NCBI GenBank assembly: GCA_002344895.1
Contig: DDUR01000061.1
Location: 125,569-189,568 of the forward strand
Length of the DNA: 64,000 nt
Reading direction: 5' to 3'
Source: Ignavibacteria bacterium UBA2333
GTDB taxonomy: Bacteria; Bacteroidota; Ignavibacteria; Kapaibacteriales; Kapaibacteriaceae
Below are positions 27,601-35,906 of the stretch, in pieces (the stretch's first letter is position 1; every line of letters begins with the position of its first letter). A program made the position numbers and the translations under genes. A model generated the notes under the pieces. The model searched no databases and was not told the DNA's origin. It worked only from the letters and a program-made list of their open reading frames with translations.

Positions 27601-29727
27601 GGAGACAAGTGCCAATCGTGGATTAACAACACGTATAAAAACGAAACAGCACGGCGTACGCTGGAAATGGGCGGTCAACAAATCGCTTATGCAGCATCCG
27701 TCAAACTTGGCGACACGTCACTCCCGACAGGCAAGTTCACACTCCACGGTTACTACGCTCCTGAAGCCGAACAGTACACACCGCGCTTTTTCCCTCGTAT
27801 GGAGAAGTCGAAGGTTCGTATTGAGAAGGTTGCAGAGTTAACGGGCAACAGTGGTGAACGCGATGTTGAGTTCTTTACGAACTACCTCAAACATGCCTTC
27901 GAAAAGGGCCAGTCGTTCTCGAAGGGTGTTGTACCTGCTGCAGATCAGGTAAAAAATCCATCGCAGATCTTCGTTCGTCTTGTTGACAAGCTTGGATTGG
28001 ACTTTGGATCTCAAAGCGACAAGGCAGGCGGTCTTGCCGCACCAAGTCTTGACATCAGTGGCCTGTCCAGACTTATGGGACCGATCGCCGGTGATCTTAA
28101 GACGGACATTGAAAAAACTGCAGCGGCTATCGGAAACTTCGATCCGATGCAGTACTTCGAAAGTCTGTTAAGTGCAAAGATCCTGGGTGATATCACCTTA
28201 AAGGATGTACTCGACTTTGTGATGGACGTCCTGAACAACCTTGACAAGATGCCGTCACTCGACAAGAAGGACGACTTCGGTGTAAAGGATGCCATCAGTA
28301 AGGCCATGCCGAAAAACGAGCTCCTTCAGGCTCTCACGGACAAGATAGCGGAGACGGACCTCGTGAAGTCGGCGGCCGAAGAGCTCAACGCCGTTGCTGG
28401 TGAGCTCGACAAGGACGTAAAGGACGCACGCGACGCCCTGCTCGCAGAAATTGCAGATCTCAAGTCGGAAATCAACGAAGCCAAGAACAAGATCCAGTCG
28501 GACGTTGAAGAAGTAAAGAAGGCCATTGAAGACCGCGTTAACGAATGGAAAAAACGACTCGAGGACAAGGCAAACGAACTCAAGAGTGAGATTGAGAAGG
28601 CCATTAAGCCGCTTGTTGATGCTGGCAACGAAGCCTACAAGAAATACGAGCAAGCACAACAGGCGCTGAATGCGCTTAAAAAGGGCCTTAACCTTTCGTA
28701 TGAATGGCAAACCGAGATCAAGTCGTCACCAGGCAACATTCTTGTTCCTCTATATCCAGGGGCAACAACAAAGGAAAAGAAAGCGATACTCTATCTCAAA
28801 GCGTCGTTCACGAAAAAACTCGACCTTGAGCCGCCTGAGATCTTGATCTATGGATCACTCTCGAACTTTGTTATCAACTTGATTGGTGATGGAGCTGCCC
28901 AGTTCCTCATCATCAAGTTTAATCGACTTGCTGTATCCGCCAAGATTGGCCAGAAGCCGGATGTTGACCCCGACATTGAGGCCGTAGAGTTTGCTGGGCC
29001 ACTGGCCTTTGTCAACAAGCTCAAGGACCTCATCCCAACCGGCGGTTCAGCTGGAGGTGTTGGATTCTCCTTTGACCTCAACGTCAACTCAGCCGGCATC
29101 ACGGCCTCACTGACCATCGGCCTCCCGAACGTCACGGTAGGTGTGTTCTCGCTCATGAACATGTCCTTCCTCATGAGCTTGACGATTCCGTTTGATGGCC
29201 GGAGTTTTTCGTCATACTTCGCCTTCTGTACACGCGAGAATCCATTCCGGCTCACCATCATGATGTTTGGTGGTGGTGGATTCTTTGGCATCGAGATTCA
29301 ACCGTCGGGCGTGCGTATGCTCGAGGCGGCGTTTGAGTTTGGCGGCAACTTCGCCTTTGATTGTGGTGTTGCCTCTGGTGGCGCAAGTGTTATGGCTGGC
29401 GTCTACTACAAACTCGAGCGCAAAGAAATCGATGGCAAGGAAGTTGAACAGTCGGAACTCACCGGATACTTCCGTCTGACCGGCAACCTCAGCATCCTCG
29501 GCATCATTCGCGTTAGCCTACTTTTTGAACTCAAGCTCACATGGCTCAGCACCGGTAAGGTCTTCGGTACTGCCACGATTGAAGTGGAAATCGAGATCCT
29601 CTTCATCAGCTTCTCCGTCGGTGTTACCGTTGAGCGTCAGCTGAAGGGTTCTGACGGAGATCCAACCTTCCACGACATGTTGCCTCAGGCATCAATGTGG
29701 GACACATACTGCAACGCCTTCGCATAA
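24622..29727 (+). CDS. Giant uncharacterised protein of about 1700 aa with a twin-arginine-like N-terminal signal, a central coiled coil and a Gly-rich C-terminal module. I recognise no catalytic motif.
   Basis: It is one uninterrupted ORF. I placed the start at Met-Lys-Arg with GGAGG 9 nt upstream; an alternative ATG lies at 24583. The Tat-like motif is LSRRRALGVAGALGILAAPAARA|VES. The coiled coil is KDAISKAMPKNELLQALTDKIAETDL...EIEKAIKPLVDAGNEAYKKYEQAQQALNALKKG. The C-terminus is ...FGGGGFFGIEIQP...FEFGGNFAFDCGVASGGASVMAGVYYK...TATIEVEIEILFISFSVGVTV. Confidence 0.6.
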   Translation: MKRIALNVGAISRRRIPRISADARSAVVALVGAESVVLSRRRALGVAGALGILAAPAARAVESALSDSYRIVRRGQRIAIVVADVERWVLDPSMFDGSPETFYSESDDGIRLELRHARYPGTSISADIVAEISRGTTPVVRFTGPLFAAPSSAPLLAWLLERERYETTCAVRALKGLQFAAVLPNASTIRFRPTWSFTVDGRADVTIDSLQLPCDRLDVQLLKAQRSRPSSLLSGSASSGTFLRAVRGTSAWNIPLQFSVSPSAELEVDADAFDTCSLEVRSDGRFAGLLEGGREGASRFQLIHHDGHVGFRDVRYAWTSANGDRHEAFVARYASTPSWIRAHGIAFEISDREGLPACELVRRNGVVERFVVAPALNRYHISVANAATEPTAVPAASQLAFLCSAVAPSALPKPHFAMTAVRLEPAQQFSQQTQIDVFKKDTKPNIKVGKQSGRWSKKPIVFATNPRVTVIRPEDLLVLTFEFQNITLNKAAGTFAASGTNSRLIVHFQPQHIAERAFFYVTDDDTPKDKVNASEAPASAPKNQSGNEPRLDPPIEAIMAHSSRLVFSLPNGHSGKFSIEGLLDWSKLKMVVSPSAKPPDAEFVLSVLAKSAVSKFGGITAPKDPKPGGSFLAKKGKTSQTKTYALSGGIASKVKSSTKAVVESNADIATTISPQLQAELAAAILEKPPIREPKDDETAIEYPYRLFMSPNKYAAWAHSTKAKIDDERRAELWHTRLGVLHASGEVNENAAYFRTMRAIWTPDMKIAYNVTSAARERPFRTSINRRDRRELVQLMSDYSLKDTEVKPVDVKRFMMTSLGAWADMTGVWDPKDGELDVEQWIQRGTQGRDHFVRICYKGYLFPFGHRATLVKETERKFRRTPRGDMAAYLMQRMYIILRQPVRDYPAAGLAGMQFQGREFPFRRITITTKITPNLYDPGLTALDVANMGPNSFWPQFDANGPVDVKWSCIGTDWDNNEVHFSAPLAFIANTAAIGDKCQSWINNTYKNETARRTLEMGGQQIAYAASVKLGDTSLPTGKFTLHGYYAPEAEQYTPRFFPRMEKSKVRIEKVAELTGNSGERDVEFFTNYLKHAFEKGQSFSKGVVPAADQVKNPSQIFVRLVDKLGLDFGSQSDKAGGLAAPSLDISGLSRLMGPIAGDLKTDIEKTAAAIGNFDPMQYFESLLSAKILGDITLKDVLDFVMDVLNNLDKMPSLDKKDDFGVKDAISKAMPKNELLQALTDKIAETDLVKSAAEELNAVAGELDKDVKDARDALLAEIADLKSEINEAKNKIQSDVEEVKKAIEDRVNEWKKRLEDKANELKSEIEKAIKPLVDAGNEAYKKYEQAQQALNALKKGLNLSYEWQTEIKSSPGNILVPLYPGATTKEKKAILYLKASFTKKLDLEPPEILIYGSLSNFVINLIGDGAAQFLIIKFNRLAVSAKIGQKPDVDPDIEAVEFAGPLAFVNKLKDLIPTGGSAGGVGFSFDLNVNSAGITASLTIGLPNVTVGVFSLMNMSFLMSLTIPFDGRSFSSYFAFCTRENPFRLTIMMFGGGGFFGIEIQPSGVRMLEAAFEFGGNFAFDCGVASGGASVMAGVYYKLERKEIDGKEVEQSELTGYFRLTGNLSILGIIRVSLLFELKLTWLSTGKVFGTATIEVEIEILFISFSVGVTVERQLKGSDGDPTFHDMLPQASMWDTYCNAFA

Positions 29728-29742
29728 GGTCGGGACAATACC

Positions 29743-32700
29743 ATGGCGACTCAGGAACTACAATGGATGGCGCTTCCCTACGATGTGGAGAAGCGGGACG
29801 GCGCAACGATGTTACGTGTGGCCGTAATGTGTCTTCCAAAACTCCAGGACACTACAACAGCCGATAATACCCTTGCAGAGTATCCGGACTTTACGGACTG
29901 GCCACTCACGCTGCAGGGTATACTTATTGGTCTGAACATCGGTGGAACAAACATCCCACCGACGGACCTCACACCTGTTGATGACGCACCGGACTCGGAG
30001 ACATGGAAGGCCATCTTCCGCCCGACAACTCTCGTGCGCCCGTTTGAGTACAAGCCGTTTACAGATTTTCGGATTTTTTCCTATCCGGTTGGACTTGTAC
30101 AAAAGACAACGGCAGACCTGCTGACGTCCCTTGCAAAGTCCTATGTGAATGTTGAACCGCTTGTACCTCCAATGGGCAACAATGTTGGAGGTATCAACAA
30201 CGACAAACTTTCCTCCGTCGGCGCACAGGATCCTGCCCTTCAACAGCTTTCGCAGATTCTGTTACCCTACATCGAAACAGAGAAAGATGAGATTCAGCTC
30301 AGGTCGTTAAAGCAGCGCTGGGAAACCGAAGGCCGAAACGCAACACTCATGATGATGCGCCAGGAGACGGCTCCAAAACAACAGCGTGATGTGCGGAAGG
30401 GGCCCGTAGAGGTTCCGAGTAATCCTGAGACAATGCTTGAACGACCTGTTTCTCTGGCAACACCCGTTGGCCAGTTACAAATGGTTGAGATCTATCACAC
30501 ACCAAGGAACTATGCTGTTGACGGTGTTGTGAATGGTAAAAAATTACCGCGTGTACAGCGCGTAAAACCGTCACGTCCAAAGTTCGACTTCCATCAGGTT
30601 GTGAGCGTCATGCGTGATTATCCCGTGATGCTTCGCCGTCTTGGCCTTGTTCGTCACTTTGAGTTTAAGATGCCCGATGGCATGTCGGCAAACGGAAAAA
30701 TCCGCGTCAATGTAACGTTCCCTTCACCAAAGGTTGGAACAAAGAACGTTGTACCGTGGACAGCATATCGACTTACAACGTCCGGTGATGCTGCCTACTG
30801 GCAGTTCCTGCCACGTCCTGATAGTGATTCGGAGATTGTTGGGCCGGTACTGTGCCTTAACGACACGACGAATTACGACGTTGTTCAGATTGATGTTGAT
30901 ACTTCAGCAATGAAGACACTCAACTTCACACGCGCTGTTGTTGGTCGACTTAAAAAGACAATGAATACGCGGGATCAGAAGGCCGATGCTTCTCCACCTG
31001 CCGTTCGCGGTACCGGACTACAACTTATTCGCGTTAATCGCGGGTTAAAGCTGGCAAAGTCCCTCATCCGAAATGCAAAAAATTATAACCGTCTTGTTGC
31101 GAATGAAGAGGTAACACTCTACGCAGATGATGTGCTGCGCGGTTATCGAATCGACGTCTTTGATGCGAAGGATAATGCGTGGCGCTCCCTCATGCGTCGG
31201 AATCTTACGTTAAAGTTTCCGGAGGCCGCAACACCAGCTCTTCGTAACACCGGCGTCACCGTCAACGACGAAGAGGGAGTGCTATCGTTTGCAGCCACAC
31301 GACCTGTTTCTCCCGACCCCAATGCCATGCGCAGTCTGTATGCACATGAAACCATTGCTCAGTGGGAGAATTGGTCACTCGTTGCTCCGCGTATCGGCTC
31401 GTTTATTGGTGCCGAAGACGAGCTTCAACCAGATCAACCAACACAGTCATCACCGAACGACTTTGAGTATCGTGTTGACTCTACAGCGTCGATTGTTGCA
31501 AAGTCGCTGCCACGTCTACGATATGGAAGGAAGTACAGACTACGTGCTCGTATCGTTGATGTAGCTGGTAATGGCCCTGCACTCGACGAACTCAATCCGC
31601 TCGACTTCACATGTGCAACGGAACTCATAACGTATCTGCGGTGGGATCCAATTGTATCGCCAACAATCGCTCTCAGGAATCACCCGATCGAAGGTGAATC
31701 TCTCGAGCGTATGGTGATTCGCACGTTTAATGAATCCGACGACGAAACCGTTTTGCCCCCTATCGAAGCCCCTTCCCTTCGTCATGTCTTCCCACCAATG
31801 GCAAGTGTGGAAACGTGTGAGCGTCATTCCTTGTTCGACGATGAGGTTTCTGGCTCGATGAAGTCGGACATGTACGACATCATCGTAAAAAAGACAGGCA
31901 AGACTGGACAACCCGCAGACGTACCCACACAGTGGTATGAGCGTTCTGCAAGTGGTGGACTTGTTCCACTTGGAGCCATCAACACAACTCCTCCCGTTGC
32001 AAAACAGCAGAATGCGATTCGATATCCCATTGCACAGGTAGACAAGGCCGTAAGCCCATACCTGCCTGATCCAATGTCGAGGGCCGTAACGTTCCAGAGT
32101 GTACCGGGCATGAATGCCAACGAGTTGCTGGAAATCTCGATGAGTGGTGTTTCAACTGCTGCCATCACATCGGCCACAGGTGTCGTAACAGTTGCGTTTG
32201 ATGGACTTGCCAATTGGCCAGACGTTGAGAGTATTCTTCTCAAGCTCGATGAAGGAACAGAGAAACCGTCATGGGATGCGGGAACAAAGACGCTGACCAT
32301 CCGCCTGCCAAAGGGCGAACAGGCATGGATTCGATTCTCATCATCATTGGGAACTGATCAGACAGAGGCCGACACACGTTCGGCACTTCATGGTCACATG
32401 TCAACGCTCAACAAGGCAAACGTTACCGGTGGAGCACTCAAAGCTGCCGTACGCGGACTTTCCTGGCTCATCACACCTGGCCGCACACTACACCTCGTCC
32501 ACGCAACACAAAAGCCTCTCAAGAAGCCAAAGGTGGTGAAAGGGGCTGTAAAGGGGCGATGGTTTGATTCAACCAATGCGCGCATTCATCTTACAGAGTT
32601 GTACTGTGATGCACGGTCAACACAGAAGGTAGACATCTCGGCACATTGGGAAATGGACACCGACGATGTTTCGAAACCGGCACCGGAAAAGCTTCAGCAG

Positions 32701-34029
32701 AAAGCACACGTTGGTGATCGTCATGCCGAGAATCGGACAGACGATACAATCGACTTTGACAAAACGCAGGAGTTTGGCGATACGAAGTATCGTCGGATTG
32801 AATACTTACCAACAGCAACTACTCGATTCCGCGAGTTTTTGCCTTTGATACGCAAAAACACCAACGACAAGATTACACGGCTCGGACAAGGGATCACACT
32901 CGATATCCTTTCATCAAAACGACCGGATGGTGTTGATCTGCTCTACGTCGTTCCGTCCTTCCGTTGGGTTGAAGAAAGCAAAACATTTGCCAATGGCCTC
33001 GTAAAAAGCACCCGTAAGGGTGGTGGCCTTCGTGTCTACATGAACAGGCCTTGGTACTCATCTGGTAACGGCGAACTTCTCGGCGTGATTCTCTACTCGT
33101 CAAAAAAATTCTCAACGGGACAGAATGCACCACCAGCCGACAATGGAGTGGGTGGTGGTTCGGGTAACATCACGTTTCAAAAGGGCATAAAGGACTTCTC
33201 GAAATCGAAGGTTGCTACGAATATCGACCTGGCGTTAAACAACCGACTGGATATTCCTGAGCAGCTTCAGCCCTACGTTACGCAGTGGGGCCTGGATCCG
33301 ATCTGGCTTTCTGCACCTACTCCGGCAGATGCTGCTCCTCGTATCCAGAACTTCCGTGTGCCCGACATTGTCCTTGACAGTGTAAGCATTGAAGAGGTGC
33401 CCGCTTCCCAACGATTTAGCGTCATAGGTTACGAACCAAAGTTTGACGCAGAACGTAAACTTTGGTATTGTGACATTGAGGTTGATCCGGCTGAGAGTTA
33501 TTGGCCGTTTCTTCGCCTTGCTCTTTGCAGGCTACAGCCGAAGTCGGTTGCTGACTCACAAACAGGGCGTGACGTCTACGTTTCGCGCATTGTCCAGTCT
33601 GAGTTCTGTCAGCTCGCTCCAGATCGTGAGGCTACGGCCCGTGTTGACGATGGTGACGCTACGGTCACCGTACAGGTGGTCGGCCATACGTATCGTATGA
33701 ACACGGCAGGACATCAGGGCTCCGATATCGAAGTCACCATTGAGCGCCGTAAACCATCAGCAGGTGGTGAAGATCTTGGTTGGGAACCTGTCGTAACACA
33801 ACGTATTGACCGACTCCACGGAGCAAACATGTGGGGTGGTACGATTCCGGTTCAGGGCGGAGTAAATTCTGCTCAACATCGTGTTGTCATCAAGGAATAC
33901 GAACAGTTCTTTGTTGATCCAGAGAAGAATCGTGATTCAAACCTTGGTGACCCCGTTACTGGTGAAGGCGCTATGACGTTCTCACTCGACAAGCGTATTG
34001 TTTACGCTGACATCTTACCACTCTTCTAG
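29743..34029 (+). CDS. Giant uncharacterised protein of 1428 aa with no recognisable domain or signal peptide, coupled to the upstream giant gene.
   Basis: It is one uninterrupted ORF starting 13 nt after the upstream stop. I see no Walker A, HExxH, GxSxG, YD/Rhs or T9SS CTD motifs. Coding-like codon periodicity is maintained throughout. Confidence 0.6.
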   Translation: MATQELQWMALPYDVEKRDGATMLRVAVMCLPKLQDTTTADNTLAEYPDFTDWPLTLQGILIGLNIGGTNIPPTDLTPVDDAPDSETWKAIFRPTTLVRPFEYKPFTDFRIFSYPVGLVQKTTADLLTSLAKSYVNVEPLVPPMGNNVGGINNDKLSSVGAQDPALQQLSQILLPYIETEKDEIQLRSLKQRWETEGRNATLMMMRQETAPKQQRDVRKGPVEVPSNPETMLERPVSLATPVGQLQMVEIYHTPRNYAVDGVVNGKKLPRVQRVKPSRPKFDFHQVVSVMRDYPVMLRRLGLVRHFEFKMPDGMSANGKIRVNVTFPSPKVGTKNVVPWTAYRLTTSGDAAYWQFLPRPDSDSEIVGPVLCLNDTTNYDVVQIDVDTSAMKTLNFTRAVVGRLKKTMNTRDQKADASPPAVRGTGLQLIRVNRGLKLAKSLIRNAKNYNRLVANEEVTLYADDVLRGYRIDVFDAKDNAWRSLMRRNLTLKFPEAATPALRNTGVTVNDEEGVLSFAATRPVSPDPNAMRSLYAHETIAQWENWSLVAPRIGSFIGAEDELQPDQPTQSSPNDFEYRVDSTASIVAKSLPRLRYGRKYRLRARIVDVAGNGPALDELNPLDFTCATELITYLRWDPIVSPTIALRNHPIEGESLERMVIRTFNESDDETVLPPIEAPSLRHVFPPMASVETCERHSLFDDEVSGSMKSDMYDIIVKKTGKTGQPADVPTQWYERSASGGLVPLGAINTTPPVAKQQNAIRYPIAQVDKAVSPYLPDPMSRAVTFQSVPGMNANELLEISMSGVSTAAITSATGVVTVAFDGLANWPDVESILLKLDEGTEKPSWDAGTKTLTIRLPKGEQAWIRFSSSLGTDQTEADTRSALHGHMSTLNKANVTGGALKAAVRGLSWLITPGRTLHLVHATQKPLKKPKVVKGAVKGRWFDSTNARIHLTELYCDARSTQKVDISAHWEMDTDDVSKPAPEKLQQKAHVGDRHAENRTDDTIDFDKTQEFGDTKYRRIEYLPTATTRFREFLPLIRKNTNDKITRLGQGITLDILSSKRPDGVDLLYVVPSFRWVEESKTFANGLVKSTRKGGGLRVYMNRPWYSSGNGELLGVILYSSKKFSTGQNAPPADNGVGGGSGNITFQKGIKDFSKSKVATNIDLALNNRLDIPEQLQPYVTQWGLDPIWLSAPTPADAAPRIQNFRVPDIVLDSVSIEEVPASQRFSVIGYEPKFDAERKLWYCDIEVDPAESYWPFLRLALCRLQPKSVADSQTGRDVYVSRIVQSEFCQLAPDREATARVDDGDATVTVQVVGHTYRMNTAGHQGSDIEVTIERRKPSAGGEDLGWEPVVTQRIDRLHGANMWGGTIPVQGGVNSAQHRVVIKEYEQFFVDPEKNRDSNLGDPVTGEGAMTFSLDKRIVYADILPLF

Positions 34030-34054
34030 ATCTACAACAACTGCACACCCGATC

Positions 34055-35053
34055 ATGAAGATCTTATCACGCATTATCGTCGGTCTCGTCGTCGTGATCG
34101 CAGTCGCGGGAATCATTGGCATCTTCCTACCTCGCGACATCGTTGTTGTGCGCGAGCGAACCATACCGTATCCGATATCCGACGTACATCAAGCACTTCA
34201 GGACCCACGATTCTTTAACGTGTGGTCGCCCTGGATGGAAATGGATACGGCTATGAAGATCTCCTACTTCGGGACGATTGGAGAAGGTGCTGGATATACG
34301 TGGGAGAGCACGGAGGGTAGTCTTGGCACGGGGACATGGAAGATTGAAAAAGTAGAACCACTCAAAACCGTCAAGGTGAGCCTTACAAGTGAGTCCATGG
34401 GTGCAAGTATGGCCACCTTTACTGTCCGCCGCGAAGACAGGGGCACACATGTTTCGTGGAAACTTGAAAGCGACATGGGCTGGCTTCCCTGGTGGCGTTG
34501 GATGGGACTCCTTATGGATTCATGGGTTGGAGCTGATTTTGAGAAGGGACTCGCCAAACTTGAGGTATCAATGAAGGATCGCCCACAACCACGCACGGAG
34601 AACTTCCGTCTCATCAACCTTCCACCAACTCACATCTTGTCGATTCGCCACACTGTTGACGTCCAGACACTTGGTGCCACATTTGCTCGCGACTACACAG
34701 ACATCGCCGCCGCTATCCAGTCGCAAAACGGCACCATGGCAGGAATTCCTGGAGCAATTTATCACACATGGTCGGCCACAACAACGGATGTTGAGCCCTA
34801 CATCCCCGTGACGGCGGCCTTGCCATCAACGGGACGAGTTGTGGCGTCATTACGACCAGCCATGAAGGCAGTCGTTGTTGACTACTACGGTCCCTACGAA
34901 GGAAGTGAAAAGGCCCACGAATTGATGGACGGTTACCTACGTCAAAACGGCCATACCGTTGTAGGTGCTCCCTGGGAAGAGTACGTTACAGACCCGACTG
35001 TGGAAAAAGATCCTATGAAGGTTCTGACACGGATCTACTATCCCGTGAAGTAA
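34055..35053 (+). CDS. Fusion protein of an SRPBCC (START/Bet-v1-like polyketide-cyclase fold) domain and a GyrI-like small-molecule-binding domain, with an N-terminal transmembrane anchor.
   Basis: The hydrophobic N-terminus is MKILSRIIVGLVVVIAVAGIIGIF. The following region (…WSPWMEMDTAMKISY…GTWKIEKVEP…) is SRPBCC-like. The C-terminal half (…YIPVTAALP…KAVVVDYYGPYE…) resembles a GyrI-like effector domain. I chose Met 34055 because it follows the upstream stop. Confidence 0.5.
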   Translation: MKILSRIIVGLVVVIAVAGIIGIFLPRDIVVVRERTIPYPISDVHQALQDPRFFNVWSPWMEMDTAMKISYFGTIGEGAGYTWESTEGSLGTGTWKIEKVEPLKTVKVSLTSESMGASMATFTVRREDRGTHVSWKLESDMGWLPWWRWMGLLMDSWVGADFEKGLAKLEVSMKDRPQPRTENFRLINLPPTHILSIRHTVDVQTLGATFARDYTDIAAAIQSQNGTMAGIPGAIYHTWSATTTDVEPYIPVTAALPSTGRVVASLRPAMKAVVVDYYGPYEGSEKAHELMDGYLRQNGHTVVGAPWEEYVTDPTVEKDPMKVLTRIYYPVK

Positions 35054-35061
35054 ATTCGGAG

Positions 35062-35595
35062 ATGCAGAGTCCGTTCTCCTCTCGTACGACCCAATTCTTT
35101 CTCTTTCTGTTTATCCTCGGCGGTTCGATCTGGTTCGGCTCAGCCGTTGCCAGAACGATCGTTGGCTACGACCTGTTTATCCCAGGTACGCTGACGATGA
35201 AGGACCAGGCTGAGGCCGTTCGAATCCAGACGATACGTCTCCACACCCTCCTGGCATCCTGGACGGACATCTCCTTTGCGCTCTTTGGTCTGAGTGGTAT
35301 TGCCCTCATTGTTCGGTTACGACATCTCTTCCGTGAGCGCGGCTGGATGCTGATGTGTTCCCTTCTTTTTCTGTTGATGTTACCGGCAGGTGGCTGGACA
35401 GCGTGGGAGGATTATCACGCCTACACCCTCTTTGATCGTGTAACGGGCGTGGCATTGGCACCTGCCGAAGAGATCATCGACGTATTTTTGCGACGTCAGC
35501 AAAACGTCGCCTTCGGCGTGCTGAGCGGACTGACCGGACTTTCTGCTGTCAGCCTTATTCTCATCGGCGCCTTTCGCCCCCTCCATCGCTCATGA
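35062..35595 (+). CDS. Hypothetical integral membrane protein with about 4 TM helices.
   Basis: Four hydrophobic stretches are present (FFLFLFILGGSIWFGSAV; ISFALFGLSGIALIV; MLMCSLLFLLMLPAGGW; FGVLSGLTGLSAVSLILIGAF). Confidence 0.5.
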   Translation: MQSPFSSRTTQFFLFLFILGGSIWFGSAVARTIVGYDLFIPGTLTMKDQAEAVRIQTIRLHTLLASWTDISFALFGLSGIALIVRLRHLFRERGWMLMCSLLFLLMLPAGGWTAWEDYHAYTLFDRVTGVALAPAEEIIDVFLRRQQNVAFGVLSGLTGLSAVSLILIGAFRPLHRS

Positions 35596-35906
35596 AGGCA
35601 GATAAACTCCTCGAAGAACTCACGGAAGTAGCACGCACACTGGGATATGCAGTACGTCGGGAAACCGGTACGTTTCGCGGCGGTGCCTGCTTACTCCACG
35701 AACAACGGCTCATCATCATTAACCGGTCCATGCCACCTGAGGCAGCGGCCGTTATTCTTGCCCGGGGTCTTTGTCGTCTGGAACTTGGTGATACGTTTCT
35801 CAAGCCCGCTGTTCGAGAGATCATCGAACGTGAACGTGGATGGGTAGAGAACCATCCTGATGTTACCATTGAGCCTGTAGCTCCTGCCAAACAGGACGCA
35901 GCATGA
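35592..35906 (+). CDS. Hypothetical protein of 104 aa.
   Basis: The ORF overlaps the upstream and downstream genes by 4 nt each. I recognise no motif. Confidence 0.35.
   Translation: MKADKLLEELTEVARTLGYAVRRETGTFRGGACLLHEQRLIIINRSMPPEAAAVILARGLCRLELGDTFLKPAVREIIERERGWVENHPDVTIEPVAPAKQDAA

Noticed and set aside
24583-34029. The possibility that the giant proteins are Rhs/Tc-toxin subunits, AAA+/STAND defence ATPases or helicases.
   Set aside because: I found no YD/Rhs repeats, no Walker A or B motifs and no DEAD-box or helicase motifs by eye. The 'AKKGKTS' and 'KKTGKTG' strings have the wrong spacing for a P-loop. I kept the proteins as unassigned rather than force a family onto them.
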